Position numbers and translations under genes: made by a program
Notes under the pieces: model-generated
Told to the model about the DNA's origin: nothing
The model's input: only the letters and a program-made list of their open reading frames with translations
Databases searched by the model: none
Part shown: positions 51,439-63,877 of the stretch, one piece after another
Layout: the number at the start of each line of letters is the position of its first letter
Numbering within the stretch: the stretch's first letter is position 1
NCBI RefSeq assembly: GCF_006345805.1
Contig: NC_043023.1
Location: 14,322,001-14,386,000, forward strand
Source of the DNA: Octopus sinensis
Lineage: Eukaryota
Reading direction: 5' to 3'
Length of the DNA: 64,000 bases

Positions 51439-51942
51439 ACTAGCAGTATCGCCCGGCGTTGCTCGGGTTTGTAAGGGAAATAACTATATAAGCATTTTTA
51501 GAGAGTTACTTCCCTTATAGATGCCAATTCGGGCTTTCTTAGCCATTTCTGTTTTGGTGTCTTCAAGCCATGAAGTCGTTGTTCTAAAAGAACGCTGGTC
51601 TCCTTGACAATGCTTTATGACATTGATTTCCTTACACTCCCTTCCCCACAGCTTCACGAGGGAGGGAAGAAGGAGGAGAAGCAAACAGGTGCAGGTGTGA
51701 CCATGGACGCCAACTCCGCCGCCATCGACACATGAAAAATTATGCATTAAAATGGAATAAAAAATGATGTTAAATTATTTTTAAAATCGTAGACTCACGC
51801 TAATACCCAGAAGGGCTCGATATGAATCACGACTATAAGATACCCGAATTTGGTTAAACTGCACCGCAAAATGTGGGAGGAGTTAGGAATCTAAATCGAA
51901 GGGGACAGACACTCACACAACTACAGTTTTATATATATAGAT
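51439..51942 (+). mobile_element. Helentron-associated non-autonomous element (HINE/DINE-1-like)
   Basis: 5' end actagcagtatcgcccggcgttgctcggg with a short hairpin. 3' end ttttatatatatagat, inserted in a T-rich site. Confidence 0.7.
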
Positions 51943-52584
51943 TTTAATACGTCGCACTATATTATACTTGATTTTAATTAAAAAAAAATACTGGAGTGCG
52001 ACTTATACGGGATCTTTTCCTTTTGAAAGGCACATGTCAACACAATTTCTAGTTAACTAAACACTTTAAAACTTCGTATACTGGTAGAATGTGTCAAAAT
52101 AAAACATTTTTTGGATCTTTTCCTTTTGAAAACACACCAGCATTGGTTGTCAAGCGATGTTGGGAGGACAAGCACACACACATACATGTATACGACGGGC
52201 TCCTTTCAGTTTCCGTCTACCAAATCCACTCACAAGGCTTTGGTCGGTCCAAGGCTATAGTATAAGACACTTGCCCAAGGTGCCATGCAGTGGGACTGAA
52301 CCTGGAACCATGTGGTTGGTAAGCAAGCTACTTACTACACAGCCACTCCTGCACCTATATATATATTCTTTTATTTTTTATTTGTTTCAGTCATTTTGAC
52401 TGTGGCCATACTGGAGCACCGACTTTAGTTAAACAAATCGATCCAAGAACTTTTTCCATTGGTCTCTTTTGCCGAACCACTAAGTTACGGGGATGTAAGC
52501 ACAGCAACATCGGTTGTCAAGCGATGGTGGAAGGGACAAACACAGGCACACACATATATACATGCACATATATACATGCACATA

Positions 52585-52666
<82 letters not shown>

Positions 52667-53489
52667 GTATATATATATATATACATATATACAATGGGCT
52701 TCTTTCAGTTTCTGTCTACCAAATCCACTCACAAGGCTTTGGTCAGTCCGAGACTATAGTAGAAGACACTTGCCCAGGTTGCACCATGCAGTGGGACTGA
52801 ACCTGGAACCATGTGGTTGGTAAACAAGCTACTTACCACACAGCCATGCCTGCACTTATATATGTGTTTCTGGAGTCTGATACAGTCTCTCAGCATGCCA
52901 TCCCAGTCAAACTGTGCAACCCATGTCAGCATGGACAATGGAAATTAAATGATGACGATGACACACACACATATATATACACGGGAAACAATTTTTTTAG
53001 ATAAATTACTTGAAAACACAACTAGATTCTATTCCAAAATTTTTACTAACGTTTTTTTTTTAATTTCCATAAGGATCCCTCACAGTTTGTTTGGAAGAAT
53101 AAACCTAAATCCATCATTATCAATGTTTCTAGACTTTAACAGGATCATCATCAGGATTTGTTGTTCGTGTGTGTGTATGTATGTGTGTGCATGTGTGAAT
53201 GCTACATATTCTATGTAAGCAGATGTGATTTCAGTAGACTTTATTATCAGAAATTTTTTTTGATTGCATAGCTAGTCAACATCTACACACTGTGTGTGTG
53301 TCTGTCTGTCTATCCACTCAACATCTACAGTCTATATATATACACACTGTATATATCTATTAACTCAACATGCTGGATTTGCCATTTTCGATGGGTGTGC
53401 AGTGTACATCTAGCACACTTGGAATATATGCCCCTGACACACACATAAAGTAAACAAATGATCTGTTCAACCCTTCACACATACATACA

Positions 53490-53519
<30 letters not shown>

Positions 53520-53526
<7 letters not shown>

Positions 53527-53745
53527 CATGATAGATTGTTAGCCACTACACACATTTTTTTCTCTCCTTGTTTCTCTTCTATTTTTTCTCTCCTTGTTTT
53601 TTCTGTGTCTCTTTCTGTAGAAGAGCGTAGGCTCGAAACGTAAAAGACTTTTTCTATTCCTGAGCGTTATACTAATACATCTGTTTGTTTTATACACCAC
53701 CTGTCTTCATCTTTTGCTTTTTTCGTAAACTCTCCCTGTATATAT
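53520..53745 (+). mobile_element. Penelope-like terminal repeat carrying a hammerhead-like motif
   Basis: Homologous to opposite-orientation copies at about 12065-12260, 12285-12460 and 13075-13210. Contains CTGTAGA-A-GAGC(GTAG)GCTC-GAA-ACGT-A. Confidence 0.6.
53610..53647 (+). ncRNA. Candidate minimal type I hammerhead ribozyme with a variant core
   Basis: Stem I TCTTT/AAAGA, stem II GAGC/GCTC, palindromic ACGT helix III and a GUA cleavage triplet. Position 6 of the core is U instead of A. Confidence 0.5.
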
Positions 53746-53749
53746 ATAT

Positions 53750-53827
<78 letters not shown>

Positions 53828-54004
53828 ATATATGTATATGTATATAAATTAGAGAAGAACCACCATGTAGCAATTCAACAATGAAATAACAATGATATAA
53901 TTAAATTATACCATATAGAAAAAAATTAAATATACGATAAAACATACACCAATAAGTAAAGTACAAAATAATAAATAAATAGTATATAATTGGTAAAAAG
54001 ACTA

Positions 54005-54405
54005 CGAGTGGCTGTGTGGTAAGTAGCTTGTTTACCAACCACATGGTTCCGGGTTCAGTCCCACTGCGTGGCACCTTGGGCAAGTGTCTTCTACTATAGC
54101 CTCGGGCCGACCAAAGCCTTGTGAGTGGATTTGGTAGACGGAAACTGAAAGAAGCCCGTCGTATATATGTATATATATGTATGTATGTGTATGTGTGTAT
54201 GTTTGTGCGTCTGTCCCCCTAGCATTGCTTGACAACCGATGCTGGTGTGTTTATGTCCCCGTCACTTAGCGGTTTGGCAAAAGAGACCGATAGAATAAGT
54301 ACTGGGCTTACAAAGAATAAGTCCCGGGGTTGAGTTGCTCGATTAAAGGCGGTGCTCCAGCATGGCCGCAGTCAAATGACTGAAACAAGTAAAAGAGTAA
54401 AAGAG
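54005..54405 (+). mobile_element. SINE family A, full-length example (more than 20 further copies or fragments, e.g. 11650-12057, 19921-20330, 21363-21870, 22975-23360, 28885-29560, 36440-36830, 37135-37510, 44825-45210, 48395-48790, 58846-59240)
   Basis: tRNA-like head with A/B boxes, a central (TA/TG)n tract and the tail tgactgaaacaagtaaaagagta. Confidence 0.9.
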
Positions 54406-54419
54406 AGAGTGTCTTTTAC

Positions 54420-54467
<48 letters not shown>

Positions 54468-55254
54468 ACCAACATATATCATATCTATCTATCAAGCCAA
54501 AATCTGCACACTGTCTATCAACTGAACATCTGTACACTGGGTCCATCTATCCAGTCAACATTTACACATTATATCTGTCTGTGTGTCTGCTTACTTTAAA
54601 ATCAACAACACGTAATTTTTGTAATTCAAGATCCACTTTTTCTAAAACGCAGCTCTTAAAGGTGTGAAACATCAGATGTAGCTTAATGGCCACATGTTAC
54701 TCCAATTCTGATTTGGTCTGGTTGTGGCCAATCTAACATGGTCCAATGGATATCTCAAAAGTTTCCAGCAAAGACTGAAGTGTATAAATTTCTTAAGCAA
54801 GCCTCTTAACTCTCCTCTAGCCTGCACACAGTAATGTATTAATGGTACAAATTAAAAACCAAGATGTTATTGTATATTTATTGCATGTTTCTCAACCATT
54901 ATTTTGTAGGGTAGAACTGATTGTCATCCAATTTGAGACAGTCACTATTCAGTTATTGCATGTATTTTACAATAACCTGCATTTAGTGAAGTCCTCAGGT
55001 CTGACAAGGACTCCACGTATTTTAACTTTTGTTTCTTGCAGTAACCTCTCTTGAGTAGTCTGACTGATTGTTAGAAATGTGTTCAGGTGGAAGTGAGTCT
55101 TTATCCATTGAAAACTCACAAAATCCAGGTATGACAGCGGCTTAGCTCAAAGTTTAATATCTCATGAGGTAAATTGATTTCCTGAGGATTAAACTCATAT
55201 TTTTCTCCATTTATTCCTGAGAGGTGCTTCAAAGTGCAGAAACCTTTCAGCCAA

Positions 55255-55675
55255 TGACCTCTACTGGGATTTATATAAATTAAAATAGGGTTTCTGGCAA
55301 ATCCCAATGACCTCTACCGGGATTTACATAAATTAAAATAGGGTTTCTGGCAAAACCCAATGACCTCTACTGGGATTTACATAAATTAAAATAGGGTTTC
55401 TGGCAAAACCCAATGACCTCTACCGGGATTTACATAAATTAAAATAGGGTTACTGGCAAATCCCAATGACCTCTACCGGGATTTACATAAATTAAAATAG
55501 GGTTTCTGGCAAATCCCAATGACCTCTACCGGGATTTACATAAATTAAAATAGGGTTTCTGGCAAATCCCAATGACCTCTACTGAGATTTACATAAATTA
55601 AAATAGGGTTTCTGGCAAATCCCAATGACCTCTTCTGGGATTTACATAAATTAAAATAGGGTTTCTGGCAAATCC
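55255..55675. repeat. 53-bp minisatellite, 8 copies
   Basis: Units start at 55255 and recur every 53 bp to 55626. Confidence 0.95.
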
Positions 55676-55869
55676 ATATGTTGTAGTCATTTCTGCCTTT
55701 GCTCCTCTCTCCCTGTCAGTTTCAGAGACCCTGTAAAGGTCCCAGGAGTTGATCAACCTTAAATATGCTGACATTTTTAAGAAGTTTAAATAACACATGT
55801 TGTTCCAATTGGTTGAGCTTTTCCAAGACATAAGCTTGAACTGGAAAACTATGATGTAACACATTCAAC

Positions 55870-56300
55870 AGAAGGTGCACCCATTGAGAGGTGGTGGCCA
55901 CTGACGGGTGCTGGCCATTGAGGGGTGCTGGCCATCAAGAAGTGCTGGTCATTGAGGGGTGTTGACTACTGAAGGGAGCTGGCTGTTGAAGGAGTGCTGC
56001 CAATTGGGAAGTGGTGGCCATTGAAGGGTAGTGGCCACCGAGGTGGGGGGGTGTGATCATTGGAGTTTTGGTGGCCATTCACAGGTACTGTCCGTTGAAG
56101 GGTGCTAGCTATTGAGGGGTGGTGGCCATTGAGTGGAGGTACCGATTGAGGGGTAGTTGCCATTGAGGGGTAGTGGTCATTGAGGGGTGTTGGTCATGGA
56201 GGGATGTTGGCTTTCGAGGGGTGGTGTCCATTCAAAGAGTGCTGGCCATTCAAGAAGTGCTGACTACTGAAAAATGGTGACCATTGAGAGGTGATGGCCA
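55870..56300. repeat. Degenerate ~19-20-bp repeat (ggtggtggccattgagg-like) immediately 3' of the CCDC57 stop
   Basis: Recurring ggccattga(g/a)ggg. Confidence 0.85.
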
Positions 56301-56301
56301 T

Positions 56302-56459
56302 TCATGGGTGTTTGGTATCATCTTTGATGTTGTAGTTCCTGACTTTGGAACCCCTAGACACTTTCTTTGATGTGCTTTTACCTTTGACCGGTCGATCTGG
56401 TGTGGGACGTTTCACCAGGGTCATCTGGGTTTGGATTGGACGTAGCTCAGTGTTATGAT
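56302..56459 (-). CDS. CCDC57: CCDC57-like last exon
   Basis: Acceptor tttttttctttgcag (phase 1). Ends KVRNYNIKDDTKHP*, resembling the CCDC57 C-terminal KIRNYN motif. Confidence 0.8.
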
Positions 56460-56509
56460 CTGCAAAGAAAAAAAAAAAACCATGTGTTATAATAATTATA
56501 GACATGTGT

Positions 56510-57262
56510 GATGTGGTGAGCTGGCAAAATCGTTAGCACACCAGGTAGAATACTTAGTGGCAGAATCGTTAGCATGCCGAGCAGTGAGTTGGCAGACTCG
56601 TTAGCGCACTGGGCGAAATGCCTAGTGGTATTTCGTCTGTTTTTATGTTCTGAGTTCAAATTCCACTGAGGTTGACTTTGCCTTTCATCCTTTCAGGGTC
56701 GATAAATTAAGTACCAGTTACGCACTGGGGTTGATGTAATCGACTTAATCCCTTTGTCTGTCCTTGTTTGTCCCCTCTATGTTTAGCCCCTCGGGGGCAA
56801 TAAAAAAAAAAAGAAATGTTAGCACGCTGGGTGAAATACTTAGCAGTATTTCGTCTGTCTTTATGTTCTGAGTTCAAATTCCACTGAGGTTGACTTTGCT
56901 TTTCATCCTTTCAGGGTCGATTAATTAAGTACCAGTTACGCACTGGGGTTGATGTAATCGACTTAATCCCTTTGTCTGTCCCCTCTATGTTTAGCCCCTT
57001 GTAGGCAATAAAAAAATAAGAAACGTTAGCATGCCGGGTGAAATGCTTAGCAGTATGTCGTCTGTCTTTACGTTCTGAGTTCAAATTCCGCTGAGGTTGA
57101 CTTTGCCTTTCATCCTTTCACGGTTGATAAATTAAGTACCAGTTATGCACTGGGGTTGATGTAATCGACTTAATCCGTTTGTCTGTCCTTGTTTGTCCCC
57201 TCTATGTTTAGCCCTTTGTGGGTAATAAAAATATAAGAAACGTTAGCATGCCGGGTGAAATG
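56510..57262 (+). mobile_element. Three tandem copies of SINE family C (other copies at 34271-34470, 40121-40340, 43795-44000, 63360-63580 and fragments in 1-4220)
   Basis: Head gagctggcagaa.cgttagc and core gcctttcatcctttcggggtcgataaa. From memory the core resembles the MetaSINE-type domain; this is unverified. Confidence 0.8.
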
Positions 57263-58186
57263 CTTGCCAGAAACTACCAGGCTAATGTTCTTCAAAATGG
57301 CAATGATCTTTAAATGCAGATTCTGTGACACATTTGAAAAAATATAGACCATTTTGTTTCTGAATGTCTTGTACTGAGACCAAACGAATACAAAATTCGG
57401 CCCGATAGGGTAGGACTATATACCTTGGATTAGATGAAGGACTTGAAATCACTTCCACCAAACAAACAAAACGGATCAAGCAGACTGCAAAATCGACACT
57501 CCTGCTTACAGGTATAAACATTATCCTGAGCCAGTTGTTGAGGGCAAAAATATCACTATCTCTGGGATTTTCCAGTCAACACTGACGGAATAATCCAGGC
57601 TAATTGACCAGACATAATTATTAAAGACAGGGAAGAAATTACTTGTAGACTAATAAAGGTAAGTGTTCCCATTGATAAAAATATACCTTTTATTCTTTTA
57701 TTATTTTCTTTTATTTTGTTTCAGTCATTTGACTGTGGCCATGCTGGAGCACCACCTTTAGTCGAGCAAATCAACCCCAGGACTTATTCTTTGTAAGCCT
57801 AGTACTTATTCTGTCGTTCCCTCTTGCCGAACCGCTAAGTGACGGGGACGTAAACACACCAGTATTGGTTGTCAAGTGATGTTGGGGGGACAAACACAGA
57901 CACACAAACATATACATATATATACGACGGGCTTCTTTCAGTTTCCGTCTACCAAATCCACTCACAAGGCTTTGGTTGGCCCAAGGCTGGATGCCCTTCC
58001 TAACGCCAACCACTCCGTGAGTGTAGTGGGTGCTTTTTACGTGCCACCGGCACGGAGGCCAGTCAGGGCGGCGCTGGCTACGGCCACGTTCGGATGGTTC
58101 TCTTACATGCCTAATAATAATGATAATGATAATGATGATGATGGTGATGTTAATAAAAATAATAATAGTAATGATAATAATAATAC

Positions 58187-58333
58187 CTGGAGATGGTGGT
58201 GGTGGTGGTGGTGATGACGGAGAAGGTGGGTTTGCACTGCTGATGGTGGACTTGTCTTCCAGTAATTTCCACACGCTGTACAGTGACTCATGATCCTCAA
58301 GAGAAGATTCTATCGGCAGCTGGATTCGGTTAC
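58187..58333 (-). CDS. CCDC57: CCDC57-like penultimate exon
   Basis: Acceptor atttcttcag, donor G|gtatta (phase 1-1). SSLEDHESLYSVWKLLE resembles the CCDC57 'LQDMWRLLD' block. Confidence 0.75.
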
Positions 58334-59560
58334 CTGAAGAAATACCAGTGGCAGAGGTTCGTGAGTGGGTGTAAGGGGGGGGGAGAAAGTGTAAAAAAGA
58401 GAGATTGAGAGAGAGGATAAGGAAGAGAGAGGAACAGAGAGGAAAGAAGAGAAAGAGGAAGAAAGAGACAGAGGGAGAGAGAGGAAGCAAGAGAGAGAGA
58501 GGAAGCAAGAGAGAGAGAGTGTGTGTATGAGAGAGAATTAGGGAGAGTGTTTGTGGAAGAGAGAGAGAGAGAGAGATGCAGTGTGTATAAGGGAGAAAAA
58601 GAGAAAGTGTGGGTCTATGTGATGATGATGATGATGACAAATTTGAAGGTGATGATGACGACGATGATGAAGATAATAGTGATGATAATGAAGATGATGA
58701 TGGTGATGTGATGATGTGATGGAGATAATAGTGATGACGATGATGAAGATGATACTGATGATGAAGATCATGATGATGATGATGATGACAAATTTAATGA
58801 TGACGATGATGATGAAGATAATGGTGATGATAATGAAGATGATAGCGTAGGAGTGGCTGTGTGGTAAGTAGCTTGTTTACCAACCACATGGTTCCAGGTT
58901 CAGTCCCACTGCATGGCACCTTTGGCAAGTGCCTTCTATTATAGCCTCGGGCCGACCAAGGCCTTGTGAGTGGATTTGGTAGACGGAAACTGAAAGAAGC
59001 CCGTCGTATATATGTATATATATATATATGTATGTGTGTGTTTGTCCATCTAGCATCGCTTGACAACCAATGCTGGTGTGTTTATGTCCCTGTAACTTAG
59101 CGGTTCAGCAAAAGAGACCGATAGAATAAGTACTGGGCTTACAAAAGAATAAGTTCCAGGGTCGAGTTGCTCGATTAAAGGCGGTGCTCCAGCATGGCCG
59201 CAGTCAAATGACTGAAACAAGTAAAAGAGTAAAAGAGAGTAAGAGTATGAAGATGATGACGGTGATGCTGCTGCTGGTGATGATGATGAAGATGATAGTG
59301 ATGATGATGATGGTGATGATGTGATGGAGATAATAGTGATGACGATGATGAAAATGATAACGATGATGAAGATCAAGATAATGATGATGATGATGATGAT
59401 GGTAATGATGATAATGATGATGATGATGATGATGGTGATGACGACGATAAAAGTAAGGAAGATGATAACAATGACGATGACGCTTACAGTTCGCTGACAC
59501 CCACGTAACTTCAATAAGAACCAAATCAGAACCAGAAAACAGAACCAGAAAATCTCTTAC

Positions 59561-59690
59561 CAGCCTGCCTGGGGGTTCCACCATCGACTGCTCTATCAGA
59601 CACTTGAGGCTTGCAGAAAGCTTCAGGCTGAGTTTGTCGCCCTTGGTCCGATTCCTTGGTATAGTTGTACTTCTGTGCATATTGGAGTTC
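59561..59690 (-). CDS. CCDC57: CCDC57-like internal exon
   Basis: Acceptor atcatctgatag (phase 0), begins ELQYAQ and continues the LQYQLTK motif. Donor G|gtaaga is phase 1. Confidence 0.65.
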
Positions 59691-60514
59691 CTATCAGATG
59701 ATAGCAGACAATCTAAGTTTAACCATTTTTCTTTATCAATCTGGTTCTATGATATAAATTCCCTGTTTTAAAATAGCCTAAATTAAAATCTCCCATCAAA
59801 ATTTCATACTCTTTTACTCTCTTACCTGTTTCAGTCATTTGACTGTGGCCATGCTGGAGCACCGCCTTTAGTCGAGCACATCGACCCCAGGACTTATTCT
59901 TTGTAAGCCTAGTACTTATTCTAAACACAGACATACAAACACACACACACACATATATATATACATATATACACCGGGCTTCTTTCAGTTTCCGTTTACC
60001 AAATCCACTCACAAGGCTTTGGTTGGCCGGAGGCTATAATAGAAGACACTTACCCGAGGTGCCATGCAATGGGACTGAACCCAGAACCATGTGGTTGGTA
60101 AGCGAGCTACTTACCACACAGCCACTCCAGGTTCTCTTTTAGTCTTTTACCTGTTTCAGTCATTTGACTGTGACCATGCTGGAGCACCACCTTTAGTCGA
60201 GCAAATTGACCCCAGGACTTATTCCTTGTAAGCCTAGTACATATTCTATCGGTCTCTTTTGCTGAACTGCTAAGTTACAGGGACATAAACACACCAGCAT
60301 CGGTTGTCAAGTGATGTTGGGGGGACAAACACAGACACACAAACATATATACGACAGGCTTCTTTTAGTTTCCGTCTACCAAATCCACTCACAAGGCTTT
60401 GGTCGGTTCAAGGCTATAGTAGAAGACACTCGCCCAAAGTACCACATGCATTCTTAGTAGCTTAGCGTAGGCTTGAATTAGAGATTATTCTTTGTGGCTA
60501 ATGGCGTGAGTCCT

Positions 60515-61140
60515 GATCGGAAGAAGAAGGAGAAGAAGAAGAAGAGGAGGAGAAGAATGATGAAGAAGAAGAAGAAGAAAAAGAAGAGGAGGAGAAGAAT
60601 GATGAAGAAGAAGAAGAAGAAAAAGAAGAGGAGGAGAAGAATGATGAAGAAGAAGAAGAAGAAGAGGAATTGGAAGAAAAAGAAAGAGGAGGAGGAGAAG
60701 AAGAAGGCTAAGAAGAAGGAGAAGAAGAAGAAGTGTGAAGGAAGGAGAAGAAGAAGAAGACGAAGATGATGAGGAAGAAGAAGGCTAAGAAGAAGAAGAA
60801 GTGTGAAGGAAGGAGAAGAAGAAGAAGACGAAGATGATGAGGAAGAAGAAGGCTAAGAAGAAGAAGTGTGAAGGAAGGAGGAGAAGAAGAAGTGTGAAGG
60901 AAGGAGAAGAAGAAGAAGACGAAGATGATGAGGAAGAAGAAGGCTAAGAAGAAGAAGAAGTGTGAAGGAAGGAGAAGAAGAAGTGTGAAGGAAGGAGAAG
61001 AAGAAGTGTGAAGGAAGGAGAAGAAGAAGAAGAAGAAGAAGAATGATGAAGAAGAAGAAGAAGAAAATAGCAACAAAAACAAAACAGCAATGAAGAAAGG
61101 GGAAGGAGGAGAGGAGAAGGAGAAGAAGAAGAAAGCAACC
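60515..61140. repeat. (GAA)n-rich compound microsatellite
   Basis: GAA/GGA/GAT triplets with repeated gtgtgaaggaaggag blocks. Confidence 0.9.
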
Positions 61141-61193
61141 ACGAAGGAAGGAGAGGTAAGATTGGAAAAGATTTAAAAAATGGTTAAACCAAC

Positions 61194-61318
61194 CAGTTTA
61201 GTGAGTTGGTACTGGAGGTTCTCCAACTCCGAAGTTTGGGTCCTCACGGTATCCTGACCACCACAAGGAGCTGAGCTGACCCCTTTGCTATTGGCATCGT
61301 TGGTGTCACTGGTCAACA
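61194..61318 (-). CDS. CCDC57: CCDC57-like internal exon
   Basis: Acceptor gtctctttcag (phase 1), open frame ending ELENLQYQLTKL, phase-0 donor gttggt. Confidence 0.7.
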
Positions 61319-61689
61319 CTGAAAGAGACGGTAAGTAATACTGTGTCTGTTAATGTAGGTTAAGATTGTATGGGGTGAGGTGGGGTGGTAGTCAGAGGGG
61401 GGAAAAAGGGGCTGAAGAAGTGGGGTAGGGGTTCTAGAAGATACAAGGGGAGAAGAAACTGTTTGGAACTCCATTCTGTGTGTGTGTTTGAGTTTGTATT
61501 TGTGTGTCCTACACTGCTCTCTGACAACTGCTGTTGGTTTGTTTTTGTCCCATAACTTATTTATCTACACACACACATTTATATAATACTAGCAGTATAG
61601 CCCGGCCTTGCTCGGGTTTGTTTTCTTTTTTTGACCCTTCAGAATTGGAATTTTTGAAAAGTAAAAATTTTGCATTATGTAGCTTATTC

Positions 61690-61985
61690 TGTCTAGTACT
61701 TATTCTGTTGGCCTCTTTTGCCGAACCGCTAAGTGACAGGGACATAAACACACCAGCATCAGTTGTCAAGTGATGTAGGGGGGACAAACACAGACACACA
61801 AACGCATACATAAATATATATATATATATACGATGGGCTTCTTTCAGTTTCCATCTACCAAATCCACTCACAAGGCTTTGGTCGACCTGAGGCTATAGCA
61901 GAAGACACTTGCCCAAGGTGCCATGCAGTGGGACTGAACCCGGCACCATGTGGTTGGTAAGCAAGGTACTTACCACACAGCCACT

Positions 61986-62024
<39 letters not shown>

Positions 62025-62181
62025 GATGGGCTTCTTTCAGTTTCCATCTACTAAATCCACTCACAAGGCTTTGGTCGGCCTGAGGCTATAGTAGAAGACA
62101 CTTGCCCAAGGTGCCATGCAGTGGGACTGAACCCGGCACCATGTGGTTGATAAGCAAGGTACTTACCACACAGCCACTCCT

Positions 62182-62246
<65 letters not shown>

Positions 62247-62402
62247 GATGGGCTTCTTTCAGTTTCCATCTACCAAATCCACTCACAAGGCTTTGGTCGA
62301 CCTGAGGTTATAGCAGAAGACACTTGCCCAAGGTACCACGCAGTGGGACTGAACCCGGCACCATGTGGTTGGTAAGCAAGCTACTTACCACACAGCCACT
62401 CC
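61690..62402 (-). repeat. Three tandem SINE family A heads separated by (TA)n
   Basis: The head sequence is repeated three times in the CCDC57 intron. Confidence 0.85.
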
Positions 62403-62455
62403 TACACTTGATAATGATCCTGAAAAATCAATAAAGACCACAGCCACGAACTCAC

Positions 62456-62824
62456 CAACTTTATTCAGTTTTGAGCGGAGTTGATTGCTGAAGTCAATCA
62501 ATCGGCGTCGGTCATCGGTCAATTTAGAAACCTGGCCGAGGGCCACACTGAGCTGATCCTTCAAATTTCTAACCAGTGGGTATACGTTGTGGCTTTCATC
62601 CATATCATTACCGTGGCTAAAGTTGTTGTTGTTGTTATTATTATTATAGATAATGGGGTTGATCTGTGCAGCATTTCTTGTTGGATTGCTATAATATCCA
62701 CCACTGCTGCCTTTATCCCTTCTGGGCCGTTCCCAGCTCGTTAGTTGGCCCTGGATTTCAGAAATATGGTGACTGAGTCTCTGATTTTCTTTCATCAGTT
62801 TTGCCTTCTCTTTTTTTAAATTTC
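62456..62824 (-). CDS. CCDC57: CCDC57-like coiled-coil protein, internal exon
   Basis: Acceptor cttttctactttcag, donor G|gtgagt (phase 1-1). NLKDQLSVALGQVSKLTDDRRRLIDFSNQLRSKL resembles the CCDC57 C-terminal coiled coil. Confidence 0.75.
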
Positions 62825-62919
62825 CTGAAAGTAGAAAAGAGGAGGATTGGAAATAGGAAACAAGCTGGATTTATATAAAAATGTATACATGTCTGTCAGG
62901 CTTTTGGCCTACCTACTCT

Positions 62920-62932
62920 TTCTATCTATCTT

Positions 62933-62976
<44 letters not shown>

Positions 62977-63180
62977 CCTACCTACCTATCTACCTACCTA
63001 TCTATCTACCTACCTACCTATCTACCTACCTACCTATCTATCTATCTATCTATCTACCTACCTACCTACCTATCTACCTACCTACCTATCTATCTATCTA
63101 TCTACCTACCTACCTATCTTATCTATCTATCTGTCTGTCTATCTATCCATCTATCTATCTATCTATCTATCTATCCACCC

Positions 63181-63211
<31 letters not shown>

Positions 63212-63256
63212 CACCCATCCATCTATCTATCTATCCACCCATCTATCTATCCACCC

Positions 63257-63307
<51 letters not shown>

Positions 63308-63688
63308 CATCTATCTATTCACCCATCTATCTATCTGTCTGTCTGTCTTATCTATTTCTTTACTACCCACAAGGGGCTAAACACAGAGGGGACAAACAAG
63401 GACAGACAAACGGATTAAGTCGATCACATCGACCCCAGTGTGTAACTGGTACTTATTTAAACGACCCTGAAAGGTTGAAAGGCAAAGTCGACCTCGGCAG
63501 AATTTGAACTCAGAACATGACCGCAGACAAAATACGGCTACGTATTTCACCCAGCGTGCTAACGTTTCTGCCAGCTCGCCATCTTATCTATCTATCTTAC
63601 CTATCTATCTGTCTTATCTATCTATCTGTCTGTCTGTCTGTCTGTCTATCTAGCTTATCTACCTGTCTATCTATCTGTCTGTCTATCA

Positions 63689-63721
<33 letters not shown>

Positions 63722-63784
63722 CCTGTCTATCTATCTGTCTGTCTATCTGTCTGTCTATCTATCTATCTGTCTGTCTGTCTATCA

Positions 63785-63815
<31 letters not shown>

Positions 63816-63816
63816 A

Positions 63817-63877
<61 letters not shown>

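Noticed and set aside
57282-57600. Possible extra CCDC57 exon
   Set aside because: The candidate AG/GT pairs tried give stops or the wrong phase, and the flanking exons join in frame without it.
60494-61142. Poly-Lys/Arg and poly-Phe/Ser ORFs
   Set aside because: They are translations of a GAA microsatellite in a CCDC57 intron.
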